From the sequence record OR437326.1: a stretch of 64,000 nt of DNA. One strand, given 5' to 3'. The notes beneath the pieces were generated by a model. The model was given only the letters and a program-made list of their open reading frames with translations. It did not search any database and was not told where the DNA came from. Origin of the DNA: Escherichia phage iGC_PHA_EC001. Below are positions 35,768 to 45,623 of the stretch, one piece after another; position 1 is the stretch's first letter; every line of letters starts with the position of its first letter. A program made the position numbers and the translations under genes.

Positions 35768-36241
35768 TTAAAGTTTATAAATAGTCACATCGTGACCTGT
35801 TTTTACTAAAGTTTCTTCAATCATCACTTGGATGATAGCCCAATTACCTCCAGCATATCCAGCGCCAATCATAGGTAAGCCGATCTTACATTTTTGGTCA
35901 CGGAGAAGCAAATCATTAGCCATAGCTATTAGTGCATCATAAAGTGCATCATAGTCCAACTGACGACCTTTAGCATTGTATCCGTAACGGTATTGCCCGT
36001 ATAGATTATATACCAAAGGGTCTGATTGTTCGTCTGGCACCCCTAAACTAAAACAACCTAGTTTACTTTGATCACCAGCCATTGTGTCTAAGTCTGCTGC
36101 ATATGCGTAAGGAAATGCTCGTTTGATTTGTGGGGCAATACCTGCCCCCATATTACACATACAATTGCAACAATGAGCAATAACAGTTACTTCACCTGCT
36201 TTAGCGGCATCAATAAGATTACCTGTTTTAATTTTAAGCAT
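35768..36241 (-). CDS. Macro-domain protein (ADP-ribose binding/processing)
   Basis: Start at ATG 36241 with AAGGAG 8 nt upstream; VIAHCCNCMCNMGAGIAPQI and GLPMIGAGYAGGNWAIIQ match macro-domain glycine-rich loops. Confidence 0.7.
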   Translation of the reverse strand: MLKIKTGNLIDAAKAGEVTVIAHCCNCMCNMGAGIAPQIKRAFPYAYAADLDTMAGDQSKLGCFSLGVPDEQSDPLVYNLYGQYRYGYNAKGRQLDYDALYDALIAMANDLLLRDQKCKIGLPMIGAGYAGGNWAIIQVMIEETLVKTGHDVTIYKL

Positions 36242-36254
36242 TTTTAGCTCCTTA

Positions 36255-37082
36255 TTACAGAATGTGTTGTTTTGTGTAACGATCCAAGAATTCAAAGTTT
36301 TCAGCATACTTTGAAATTCGGTTGTAACCTTCTCCCAAGCATCCAAAGAAAAGTTGCTCTACATAGTAATGTGGCAATTGGCTAAGAATGATTTTGAAGT
36401 CTTCATGATTTTGGCCCATAAGATACTTAATAGGACGAACAAGACACTGTGCATCACGTTCTTCATTAATCATTTTAACAAACGCTTCTGGTGTATTAAT
36501 GTAGTTAAAATTCAGTTTAGCTTCGGTATCTGCTTGATTACCTTCGTATTTTGCAAAATACAGGAAGTAAACATCATTTTTAACTTGATTTTCATCAAGG
36601 ATCTCAATCAGTTTGTCTTCATGCGTTCCAGTGATATTTACATCATCAATGAATACAAGCTTCTTATCACCCCAGAATTCTTTGTTGCAGTAGAATGTAT
36701 CCCCATCAATAAGTTTCTTACGACTAGCTTTATCCAAGAAACCATAATCGTTGATATAGCTAACTTTACGATGAATAATGTCCAGTTCTGCTGAACGACC
36801 TTGATCATATTGTGATTGCAACATATTAAAGTAATTAATAAAATGATCTGTCATCATTGTTGCAGCATTATGCACATGGTTATAAGGAGAAGGAATGATA
36901 ACAAATTGTTCCCCAATATGTTTCATTGCCACTTGAGCAAAAAACTGAAGTGCCAATTCTTTACCCATACGACGCGCAGCTTGGTTACTACCAAATTTCA
37001 ATTTTGAATAATCTTGGATATCAAAAGTAGCAGTTTCCAGGTCATCAAATTTATTTGCAAAAATTTGAGTTTGATTACGCAT
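36255..37082 (-). CDS. Phosphoribosyltransferase-like protein (type I PRTase fold)
   Basis: KKLVFIDDVNITGTHE fits the PRPP-binding motif (hydrophobic run, DD, then T-G-T); ATG overlaps the HAD gene stop. Confidence 0.5.
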   Translation of the reverse strand: MRNQTQIFANKFDDLETATFDIQDYSKLKFGSNQAARRMGKELALQFFAQVAMKHIGEQFVIIPSPYNHVHNAATMMTDHFINYFNMLQSQYDQGRSAELDIIHRKVSYINDYGFLDKASRKKLIDGDTFYCNKEFWGDKKLVFIDDVNITGTHEDKLIEILDENQVKNDVYFLYFAKYEGNQADTEAKLNFNYINTPEAFVKMINEERDAQCLVRPIKYLMGQNHEDFKIILSQLPHYYVEQLFFGCLGEGYNRISKYAENFEFLDRYTKQHIL

Positions 37083-37731
37083 TTACAATTTCTCCTCTTT
37101 TAAGTTTCTCTAGTAAGTCGTTAGGGTTCTTAATATGACAGAAGTTAAATCCTAAGTCAACACATTTTCCATCATATTCTTCACTATCGCCTACGTGCAA
37201 CACTTCGTGCCCTAACAGAGGGATCGGAGAATACGTGAGCGTGCGAGCAAAGAATCGCGGATCTGGTTTACAAAGTAAAGCTTCATCCGAGAAATGGGTG
37301 AACTCAAAACAATTCCAACTATCAAACTTACAAGCACGACGCAGGATATCCCCTGATATGAAGTTGGTATTGCTCTTAATACTCAAATCATAACGCCCCG
37401 AAAGATACAGCAAGTACATCGGCAGATCCACGGCTACGTGTGGTGGAAACTTAAGGAACCACTGTTCACACTCGAAACGAAGCTTTGCAGACTTCCAAGG
37501 CGTTATCCCAAGTTCAGAACCAAGTCTTTCCCAGGCATATGCTGCACACTCGGCTTTGCCTTGAAGTGCTGCATTATCCAGTTCCTTTTTGATCTTTTTA
37601 TAAGCTGCTCTTGCTTCCACTTCCGTAATATCTCCATATTTTGCGATAGTCCAGGCTCGCATGTCTGCATAATTGGAGTTTGCTGTGATCAGTGTGTTCC
37701 ATACATCAAAAGAGATATGTTTAATAGTCAT
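37075..37731 (-). CDS. HAD-superfamily hydrolase (phosphatase)
   Basis: N-terminal ISFDVWNTLI (HAD motif I DxDx[TV]); 218 aa. Confidence 0.55.
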   Translation of the reverse strand: MTIKHISFDVWNTLITANSNYADMRAWTIAKYGDITEVEARAAYKKIKKELDNAALQGKAECAAYAWERLGSELGITPWKSAKLRFECEQWFLKFPPHVAVDLPMYLLYLSGRYDLSIKSNTNFISGDILRRACKFDSWNCFEFTHFSDEALLCKPDPRFFARTLTYSPIPLLGHEVLHVGDSEEYDGKCVDLGFNFCHIKNPNDLLEKLKRGEIVNA

Positions 37732-37732
37732 A

Positions 37733-38338
37733 TTAAGCCCACCATGCGTCTAAGTTAAGATTACTGTCCACTACCACTTGTTCTATGTGGTAGCCTTTTA
37801 TCTGTATCCCACTGTTCAAGAGCATATCATACGCTTCATTGAAACGCAACTTATCTTCTGCGGAATATAAGCGAGCATTATAAAATCGGTAATCAACTTC
37901 TTCAGCATTAGAAGAAATACGGAAGAAGTTTGTTTCTACTTCGGGATCACTTGCTGAAGTCTTAATGTGAACTTCTCCGTAATTTTCTTTACTTAGATCC
38001 ATGAAAAGAACACAGGCAACATGTTTAAACATTCGTTCCAGTTTGTAACGAACAACATTGAAACCTGCATTCTCAAGTTTTTCTACACACTGCAACATTA
38101 AAGTAGTGTCGAGATCGCTTTGATACTTTGTTAACATACGATCACGTTGAGACTTTGTATCCCGATGTAAATCAATTGTTGTGCATTTGGCACCAATAAT
38201 CTTAGCTGCTTTCATCAACTCTTCAGAACTAACGTTAGATAAAGTAAGATGAAAATGGGCTTTCCACACTTTTTTAGCAGGGACACCAAAAGATTTATCC
38301 CCACTATTCGGCATGTTGACTACTACACTATGTTGCAT
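37733..38338 (-). CDS. Hypothetical protein, first gene of the macro/PRTase/HAD operon
   Basis: 201 aa; contains HFHLTL and VHIKTS, only weakly reminiscent of the two H-x-T/S-x motifs of 2H phosphoesterases. Confidence 0.35.
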   Translation of the reverse strand: MQHSVVVNMPNSGDKSFGVPAKKVWKAHFHLTLSNVSSEELMKAAKIIGAKCTTIDLHRDTKSQRDRMLTKYQSDLDTTLMLQCVEKLENAGFNVVRYKLERMFKHVACVLFMDLSKENYGEVHIKTSASDPEVETNFFRISSNAEEVDYRFYNARLYSAEDKLRFNEAYDMLLNSGIQIKGYHIEQVVVDSNLNLDAWWA

Positions 38339-38558
38339 TACTTATCTCCTCACTTAAAATGGAAGTCTTTGAAGTTCATCTCCTCCGATATCAAGTAATT
38401 TAGCAACATCTCGATCAGAAAGCAACTCTTTTCTTTGTAAAATATCCACAAGGGTTGCAAGAATGTCCTTAACGTCCCGATCACTGTTCTTCAAAAGTTC
38501 TCCTGCCGTCCCTACTCTATCTCCTACAGCAAAATATGTAACCATGAAACCTCCTAAG

Positions 38559-39029
38559 TTAATCTGATTGCCAACCACTTGCCGTTTTGGTCCATAATCT
38601 TTGATTATCTGACCCTCTGAAAGGTTTTGTAGTTGGATTGTTTATTTCATACTTTCCGTCTACAATAATGTCAACAAGATTTTTAATATACAAAGGCACT
38701 TCCTCAAAAGTATATCCTGTATACACCATTATATCTTTGCTTGACCCATAAACGTCTCTAACCTTTTCTATAAGGTTTTTAACATTGTAAATATTCTGCG
38801 GATCTAATGGCTCTCCTCCTAAAATTGTTAAACCTTTTACAAACGGTCTTGACAAATCTTTTAAAACTTGCTCTACATTTTCGTGAGTGAACGGTTTCCC
38901 ATAAGAATAAGACCAGGCTTTTTGGTTAAAACAGCCACGACAACCGTGGCTACAACCACTAACCCAGAGGGAGCACCTAACTCCCTCACCATTAATAAGA
39001 TCTACAGGTTCATATCCTGCAAAATTCAA
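38559..39029 (-). CDS. nrdG: Anaerobic ribonucleotide reductase activating protein
   Basis: Radical-SAM-type Cys cluster SGCSHGCRGCFN; 156 aa directly downstream of nrdD with a 4-nt overlap. Confidence 0.75.
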   Translation of the reverse strand: MNFAGYEPVDLINGEGVRCSLWVSGCSHGCRGCFNQKAWSYSYGKPFTHENVEQVLKDLSRPFVKGLTILGGEPLDPQNIYNVKNLIEKVRDVYGSSKDIMVYTGYTFEEVPLYIKNLVDIIVDGKYEINNPTTKPFRGSDNQRLWTKTASGWQSD

Positions 39030-40840
39030 AAATGTTTCTCCCTTTGCAAAACTTCCTGCATTTTACCTTTGTTGTAAGGGCGTGAATTAGGGGCAGAAAG
39101 ATACCCTGACACACGTCTAACTACAGAAATAGTTTCTTCTTCATGGTTGCCACAATCAGGACACTCAAACCCTTTAGCCGTTGCCTTAAATTCTCCATGA
39201 AAACCACACTTAAAGCATTGATCCACGGGCTGATTAATACCAAAATAGTGAATATGTTCATAAGCGTAGTCTACTAAAGTCTCCAAAGCTTCTAAGTTAT
39301 TCTTTAAGTTTGGTGTTTCGACATAACTTATGTTACCACCATTACTAATCTGTGCAAAACCTGCTTCATAATCCCATTTTTCAAAAGGATTTGTTACCAA
39401 CCACACAGGTTGATGAAAAGAGTTAGTAAGATAGTCTCTTTCTACCAAACCTGGGTATTTTTCATTTAAAGCTGTTGCAAACTTATAGCACAAAGATTCT
39501 GCTGGAGTTCCATAGAGACTAAACGCCAAATTAGATCGTTCTTTAAACACAGCACACACATCTTTCATATGTTGCAGAATGCTTTTACCAAGTTCCTTTT
39601 TATCTTTTTCTTCTGGATAAAGGATTTCCAAAGCTTCGGCAAGACCTACATAACCAATACTAATAGAAGCATAACCACCTTCAAACAAAACACCAATTTC
39701 ATCATTGGCATTTAAACGCGCTAAAGCCCCTTCCATGAAAAGAATAGGGTTTTCAGATGCTTTGGTATGTCTGATACGGTTTACACGTAGCATGTGAGCA
39801 TCGTAGGCTATCTCCATATGTTTATTAAGAAGATCGGTGAAAGATTCTCCTTTACTTCTCGCTTCCGCAGCGATCAGAGGTAAGTTGATAGAAACTACTC
39901 CAAGGTTGAATCGTCCATCGTATTTTTCTCCTTGTTCGGTGGCATAGTACGACAAAAAGGAACGACAACCCATACTCGTAACAGTACCATCTGCTGATCC
40001 CGTAACTTCTTTGTTCAAAGGAACAGAAATAAAATCTGGATAAATACGATCAGCACAACATGCCAAAGCTTGTTGCTTAAGGTCATAGTTAGGATCACTA
40101 GGTTTCATGTTAACACCTTCTTGTAAAAAGAAAATAACTTTAGGGAATACAGGCGTTACATGATCTTTGCCTAGACCGTTACTATGCACTTTAAGATAGT
40201 TAGCTGTAATCATTCTGCCAAAAACAGAGGTATCCAGACCCATACTGATTGTAATAAAAGGAGATTGTCCATTAACACTCATTAAAGTATTAACCTGATA
40301 CAAGAGAGTTTGCATAGCATCATATACATCTTGTTCGGTCATTTCCAGGGCTTCTTTCCTTGCATAACAACCGTAGCGACGTTTGGTTATCTCCATGTTT
40401 TTAAGGAAACTAGCTTCAACATAAGGACTAAGACCTTTATCAATGTGCGCACACGTCTGACCTCCATACTGACTGGAGGCAACAGCTTGGATGATTTGAG
40501 TTAGCACTGTGGTAGCTACTCCAATAGATTTTGGTTTTTCTATCTGTGCGGCTCCGATCTTAAAACCATTCTCTAACATATCTTGATAATTAACAAGACA
40601 ACAGTTTGTAAGAGGAGAGAGTAGATAATCCAAGTCGTGAATATGTCCAAAACCTTCTGTATGCCACTCTGACAAGTTTTTTGGCAGTATCTGTGTCATT
40701 GCCATATGTTTGCTTAAAATCCCCGCCAAGAGATCCCTATGCGTGTTAACGAGGTGGGAAGGTTTGTTTGCATTCTCTCTAGTGTATGTTTCTGAAGTGC
40801 GATCTAAAAAAGAAAAAACATCTTGGTACAAATCTTTCAT
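39026..40840 (-). CDS. nrdD: Anaerobic ribonucleoside-triphosphate reductase (class III)
   Basis: 604 aa; C-terminal zinc ribbon CFKCG..CPDCG and glycyl-radical-type tail RRVSGYL. Confidence 0.85.
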   Translation of the reverse strand: MKDLYQDVFSFLDRTSETYTRENANKPSHLVNTHRDLLAGILSKHMAMTQILPKNLSEWHTEGFGHIHDLDYLLSPLTNCCLVNYQDMLENGFKIGAAQIEKPKSIGVATTVLTQIIQAVASSQYGGQTCAHIDKGLSPYVEASFLKNMEITKRRYGCYARKEALEMTEQDVYDAMQTLLYQVNTLMSVNGQSPFITISMGLDTSVFGRMITANYLKVHSNGLGKDHVTPVFPKVIFFLQEGVNMKPSDPNYDLKQQALACCADRIYPDFISVPLNKEVTGSADGTVTSMGCRSFLSYYATEQGEKYDGRFNLGVVSINLPLIAAEARSKGESFTDLLNKHMEIAYDAHMLRVNRIRHTKASENPILFMEGALARLNANDEIGVLFEGGYASISIGYVGLAEALEILYPEEKDKKELGKSILQHMKDVCAVFKERSNLAFSLYGTPAESLCYKFATALNEKYPGLVERDYLTNSFHQPVWLVTNPFEKWDYEAGFAQISNGGNISYVETPNLKNNLEALETLVDYAYEHIHYFGINQPVDQCFKCGFHGEFKATAKGFECPDCGNHEEETISVVRRVSGYLSAPNSRPYNKGKMQEVLQREKHF

Positions 40841-40940
40841 TATTAATCCTTATTTTGTGAGTAGAACTATTATTCTACCTCTTCCAACCGAAAAAAGCTT
40901 TGAGGAAAATCAAAAAAGGCGCAAAGTGCGCCTTTAAGTT

Positions 40941-42359
40941 TTATTGTTTGGAGAGGAATTGTCTTCCCATGATCTTACCGTTCTTTACAGCGGTCCCATC
41001 GTGTCCATTATAATCCCAAGTTCCATCAATGTTACGCAAGAAGCTATCACGAACAGTGTAGGCTTTACCGTTCTCTACTTTACTTTCTTCAACAATAATC
41101 GCCATAACAAGCTTATTTTCAATTTCGGTAGTAACCGATTCTTTAATACCCTCTGTAACTTCACGATCATATTGGATATAAACTCGCTCCTCGGTCACTT
41201 GCACGTCTACCACATTTTTAAATGTGTATGTCTGCTGTGTAGTGTAAAGGACACGAACAACACTCTTCTTACCTACTGGCGGCTTCTTACGAGGCTTACG
41301 GTAACGTGGTTTAGGGTTGTTAGTTGGAAGCCAACCAACAATATCCCGCTCATATCCAACATGACCCCAAGTGAAATGCGTAGCCGATCCACTATCCGTA
41401 GTTCCGTCACGAAAGAGAACTTCTACGTGACCACCACAAGGGCGGTGTCCACCATTATTATAGTTGTATTTTGCCGTGCGCGGGAGAATGAAGTATTCTT
41501 TAATCGCCCACTCTTCCAGATTGTCGATATTCCAAGTGAATACTGTTCCCTTAGCAACATCTGTTTGACCATTGTTGAAGCGAACCTGCACGAAATCTTC
41601 TGAAGGCATAACACCTGTGTTCGGCAGATATTCAAATGCAGTATCTTCCGCTACAAACTGTTCTTCCTCTTGCTCCTCAATACTTGGCACAGGCGCAGCT
41701 TCATCGTATTTCGCAGCAAACATATTTTTAAATTCTTGGGCCGTGACTTGTACAAGGCCGCGATCACCAGTAGCAGCAGAGTGTGGGCGTGGTAAATCCC
41801 CAACTTCAATATGCATTGCATCTAAACCTGCTTGACGATCAAAGAAGATAACCTTGCGGAATTGTTTATCTTTATATTGTGGCAGTTCATACATACTTGG
41901 GTCGATTGTCTTCAAACGTTCAGCATCTTCTGGCTTCCAGAAGCTTTTACCTGTTGCAAATCTAAAGTCTACCAGTAGTTTAACAACATCTCCTAATGAT
42001 AAACTATCTGCATCTACGAAAACGTCTTCGATTCCCAATAACCCTGATTTCTTAAGAATCAGATCTAACATGTAACCTCCTGTGGTTTGTTCTGCGTCTG
42101 GATAACGATCAACACTGGTGCTGGTTACACCGTTTATTTCACCAGTGGAGGCATTGTAGGAAATATATGGGAAGGTCATATCGTTCATTGCAAAATCACC
42201 TGAACAGGTTGGATCATCTTCTCCCTCCCAGCCATACACCTTCACAATACCTTCACACAATTTGTCATACACACCAGCGCGACGTGCTGCTTCAGCAACT
42301 TCCTGTTTACGGGCAAATTTATTAATCATGATTCCTCCTGTTAATTGCCATAGATGCAC
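40941..42359 (-). CDS. Hypothetical protein
   Basis: 472-aa ORF; true start may be the internal MINKFARKQ; Lys/Arg/Pro-rich internal segment. Confidence 0.35.
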   Translation of the reverse strand: MHLWQLTGGIMINKFARKQEVAEAARRAGVYDKLCEGIVKVYGWEGEDDPTCSGDFAMNDMTFPYISYNASTGEINGVTSTSVDRYPDAEQTTGGYMLDLILKKSGLLGIEDVFVDADSLSLGDVVKLLVDFRFATGKSFWKPEDAERLKTIDPSMYELPQYKDKQFRKVIFFDRQAGLDAMHIEVGDLPRPHSAATGDRGLVQVTAQEFKNMFAAKYDEAAPVPSIEEQEEEQFVAEDTAFEYLPNTGVMPSEDFVQVRFNNGQTDVAKGTVFTWNIDNLEEWAIKEYFILPRTAKYNYNNGGHRPCGGHVEVLFRDGTTDSGSATHFTWGHVGYERDIVGWLPTNNPKPRYRKPRKKPPVGKKSVVRVLYTTQQTYTFKNVVDVQVTEERVYIQYDREVTEGIKESVTTEIENKLVMAIIVEESKVENGKAYTVRDSFLRNIDGTWDYNGHDGTAVKNGKIMGRQFLSKQ

Positions 42360-42879
42360 GAGGTTCGGCTATGGCTGTTGCATAAATATATGGATGACCT
42401 TGTGGGGACAATCTTGTTCCGAATGACCCTAATTCTAAACCATTCATGTCTTCCACGTCAAGCCCTATTTCTGTTTCTACAATTCTTGTTTGGACTTTGT
42501 AGTAGGTCCAGAAGAAGTATCGCATTTCTTCGGCATACTCTTTCACTTCACCAAAGCTGGGATAGAACTCAATCAACTCCAGCTTCAAGAAGATGTTGAA
42601 GTGAGAATCATCCAACACTTCCTCTGTGCGGTAACATGGTGTCAGGGCCATGTAGGGATGACCAGCGATAAACTCGTAGCCATCCTTTTCCATTTGCAAG
42701 AATGATTGCTCGGCACTGGCAACATAAAACTTCCCATTAGGATGCCCCAAAGGAGCATCTTCTTTGCCAGGTGGCAGTGTGAATGCCAAAATATCTGCAT
42801 CCACTAAATAAGGAACATCTAACATTTCAGCAAAGCGTCCATAACTCTGGATGGCTTCGGCAATCACACCTGTGTTCAT
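42322..42879 (-). CDS. Hypothetical protein with class-II aminoacyl-tRNA-synthetase-like motifs (tentative)
   Basis: ALTPCYRTEE (motif-2-like) and GLELGSFGTRL (motif-3-like); 185 aa. Confidence 0.25.
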   Translation of the reverse strand: MNTGVIAEAIQSYGRFAEMLDVPYLVDADILAFTLPPGKEDAPLGHPNGKFYVASAEQSFLQMEKDGYEFIAGHPYMALTPCYRTEEVLDDSHFNIFLKLELIEFYPSFGEVKEYAEEMRYFFWTYYKVQTRIVETEIGLDVEDMNGLELGSFGTRLSPQGHPYIYATAIAEPRASMAINRRNHD

Positions 42880-43127
42880 GACCTTCCTCCTGTGCGAAAC
42901 GCACGTTTAGTAATGCTGGACATAATGATTAAATCTTGTAAAGTCATATCTGGGAACTGTTGTTCTAAAACTCCCTCAACAGCACCTATAATATCTGATA
43001 ATTCAACAAGTTGCATTATTTTGCAATCCTGTTCAACAGCATCAAAAAGTTCTTCTACTTCCTCTTTAATCTTTTCTATGCTGCCATAAGGTTGTTTCTT
43101 AATGTCTGTTATGTGATACCCCGCCAT
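42876..43127 (-). CDS. Small all-alpha protein, possibly MazG-like nucleotide pyrophosphohydrolase
   Basis: Acidic helical motifs KEEVEELFDAVEQD..ELSDIIGAVEGV. Confidence 0.25.
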   Translation of the reverse strand: MAGYHITDIKKQPYGSIEKIKEEVEELFDAVEQDCKIMQLVELSDIIGAVEGVLEQQFPDMTLQDLIIMSSITKRAFRTGGRS

Positions 43128-44720
43128 TTAACGATCCTCTCTGATTTGATTAATCTTACGAGCAAGGGCAGCTATAAGCTTATCTTCTTCGGATACAGGA
43201 GCCGTGCTCTTACCTAAACGATGCATGTCTAGAATCTCTTGAACAGTCCGGTTCCATTGTAGACATTTAATACAACGTGTATGTGCAACATACAGAAGGT
43301 TTCGTTCTGATTCTTCAAGACCTACCCACTCACCCTTCTTATCATAATTAGAAGGAAAGTCATTTGCAACAATAACCTGATCCCACTCCAAACCTTTTGA
43401 TTTGTGGGCTGTAGTTAAAGTAACTTTAGCCGTTGGAGAGTTACGGTGCATACGTAAAGTATATGCAATATTATTAGCTTTACCAGAAACAACAATGTTT
43501 AAAAGTCGTTTTGCATCAGGATCTGATTCTGCACACTCTACAAATTCTTCCCAAGAAGTGTAAGGGAGAACTGTCTCATGCTTAACTTTGTCCAAATCAC
43601 CTCTACGTAAAGCATTAACACTATCAACCATAGAAATGAAATCTTTGGTATCTACGTTAATAATAATCTCTTCTCCGTTAGCGATTCGGTCCATAGCTTC
43701 GAGCAACAGAGTCAAATTCTTACGGAAAATAATGGTGTAAGGTTTACTATAATCTACCACATCAGAATGAAAACTTCCAGTGACAGTATCATAACCTTTG
43801 CCTACCAGCGGATGCTTCAGAGGTGAACGATCAGAAAGGATCGCATTAGCAATTTCCGCAACTTTAGGACCAAAGCGAAAACAAGCTGTCAGAGGCAACT
43901 CAACCCCATATGTAGCCGTTTGCTTCATCATGTTCTGGCTTCCACGGAACTGATAAATACTCTGAAATTCATCACCCACAACAACAATACGTTTAGCCGA
44001 TTTAGCATTGCGAAGGATAGACAGGAATGCAGGGTTAACATCCTGGAATTCATCTCCGAAAATAATATCATATCCTAAGTCTTCTTTGCTCAATTCAAAT
44101 AGTTTCACATAGGTGTCATGAGTCATAATTGTTTCTGATTTAGGATCAATACGCTCACGCCAAAGTTGCTTCGCATATTTAACAACTTCGTTAATAAGTT
44201 TTTGTTCGTTGATGTTTTTACGTTTTAGGTCTGACATGTGCACTTTAGGAAAATGTTTATGTCCAATATGTTCATCGTCAGAAAACTCATATTTAGCTAA
44301 AGTTTGTTTTACCATTAACCCGATCATTGCACGAGTCAGTAGCACTTTACCATTCTTATCGATCAAGTTCTGAATCTTGAATTTCTTGGCAATCTCACTA
44401 CCAGTTCCAGCTACGTTAACATATTGACCTTCTGGACGAGATAATTTGTGTCGAAGGTTTTGTGGAAGACGCTGGTAACAGATTGAATGTAGCGTTCGGC
44501 ACATAACGTTAGGCGGCATTTTACGCCGAGCTTCCTCTGCCATACTTTTGTTAAACGCCAAGTATAGAATACTATCATTTGTGCCATTAGCCAACATATA
44601 CAGTGTTGACGTTTTACCTGATCCAGATTTAGCTTGAATTGTAACGAAACGATTTTCTTTATACCCGCTTTCAATAGCGTATTGTTCCTCGGTAGGTGTA
44701 AAACTCAATTGTGTAGACAC
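43128..44720 (-). CDS. Superfamily 1 DNA helicase (UvrD/PcrA-like)
   Basis: FTPTEEQ..x..IQAKSGSGKTSTL (motif I/Walker A) and FGDEFQD (motif II). Confidence 0.6.
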   Translation of the reverse strand: MSTQLSFTPTEEQYAIESGYKENRFVTIQAKSGSGKTSTLYMLANGTNDSILYLAFNKSMAEEARRKMPPNVMCRTLHSICYQRLPQNLRHKLSRPEGQYVNVAGTGSEIAKKFKIQNLIDKNGKVLLTRAMIGLMVKQTLAKYEFSDDEHIGHKHFPKVHMSDLKRKNINEQKLINEVVKYAKQLWRERIDPKSETIMTHDTYVKLFELSKEDLGYDIIFGDEFQDVNPAFLSILRNAKSAKRIVVVGDEFQSIYQFRGSQNMMKQTATYGVELPLTACFRFGPKVAEIANAILSDRSPLKHPLVGKGYDTVTGSFHSDVVDYSKPYTIIFRKNLTLLLEAMDRIANGEEIIINVDTKDFISMVDSVNALRRGDLDKVKHETVLPYTSWEEFVECAESDPDAKRLLNIVVSGKANNIAYTLRMHRNSPTAKVTLTTAHKSKGLEWDQVIVANDFPSNYDKKGEWVGLEESERNLLYVAHTRCIKCLQWNRTVQEILDMHRLGKSTAPVSEEDKLIAALARKINQIREDR

Positions 44721-44734
44721 GTATTTCTCCTCTC

Positions 44735-45250
44735 TTAATAAAAACTCTTGACAATCCTCATCATTTCCTTAGCTCTGCTGGCATAAGGTTCTTTTAGATT
44801 AGGTGGCAAATGTGCATTAATGTACCCCATTTGTTTTTCCCATGTCCACTTATCTTTAAATCTTGGCATGGTGTCTCCTGCTAAACTGTTTTCTTTTCGT
44901 GTTTGAATAATCCAATTACATGGAAAATGCACACCACCTTTACGGAAAGGAATATAATGTCCCAATGTGAATGCCTTATTGTTCTTTAAACGTCCAGCTA
45001 AATTAAGATTAACAATAAGACTACGAAACACGTAGTATTGATAAAGATTGTCAACAGTATATACAGAGTAGTATGCTCTAAGTGCATTATCTCGACTAAG
45101 ATTACCAACATCCAAACTACACCAGTTTAAATTACTTGGATCGTAGTTGTGATTATCAATCCATTCTTCTCTTTCCTCAAATTCTGCATTAACAGCAGAC
45201 TGCCCTGCTGTAGATACAAAAAGAGAATTTGCATCAAAGAACATACTCAC
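44735..45250 (-). CDS. HNH-endonuclease-like protein (tentative)
   Basis: GHYIPFRKGGVHFPCNWIIQTRKENSLAGD resembles an HNH core. Confidence 0.3.
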   Translation of the reverse strand: MSMFFDANSLFVSTAGQSAVNAEFEEREEWIDNHNYDPSNLNWCSLDVGNLSRDNALRAYYSVYTVDNLYQYYVFRSLIVNLNLAGRLKNNKAFTLGHYIPFRKGGVHFPCNWIIQTRKENSLAGDTMPRFKDKWTWEKQMGYINAHLPPNLKEPYASRAKEMMRIVKSFY

Positions 45251-45257
45251 TCCCCCT

Positions 45258-45611
45258 TTAGTTTACATCGTTTAGAGCATTACCAATCTTTAAGATAATA
45301 ACATCATTAAGAGCTTCTTCTCCATTAAGGCCAGAGAAAGCAGGAGTAACGAAAGTTACCATATAATAATGGTCTTCTTGTAGAATTGCGATAACGCCGT
45401 CTAGTTTAACATCTCCTGTGAAACGAAAAACTTTCAACTTTTGTTCTAAAGGAAGATCTCCTTCAACATTTAAAACCATATCTCCGACACCAAACTTTTC
45501 TGCCCCGATGTAGATGTAAGCTTGGTCCTCTTTTTTATGATAATACAATGTTGCTTGTTTGTCTTGTAGTGTTGTGATACCAAACACATCTACATCAATA
45601 ATATTTTTCAA
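45258..45611 (-). CDS. Hypothetical protein
   Basis: 117-aa ORF. Confidence 0.3.
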   Translation of the reverse strand: MKNIIDVDVFGITTLQDKQATLYYHKKEDQAYIYIGAEKFGVGDMVLNVEGDLPLEQKLKVFRFTGDVKLDGVIAILQEDHYYMVTFVTPAFSGLNGEEALNDVIILKIGNALNDVN

Positions 45612-45623
45612 AAAATTCTCCTC

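Noticed and set aside
40944-41603. 219-aa + strand ORF antisense to the 472-aa gene (same for 27975..28529 opposite TerD, 25435..25962 opposite a glycosyltransferase, 36354..36794 opposite the PRTase, and similar antisense ORFs in the track)
   Set aside because: All lie opposite ORFs with better motif support and consistent operon structure; their translations are low-complexity; no ribosome-binding sites seen.
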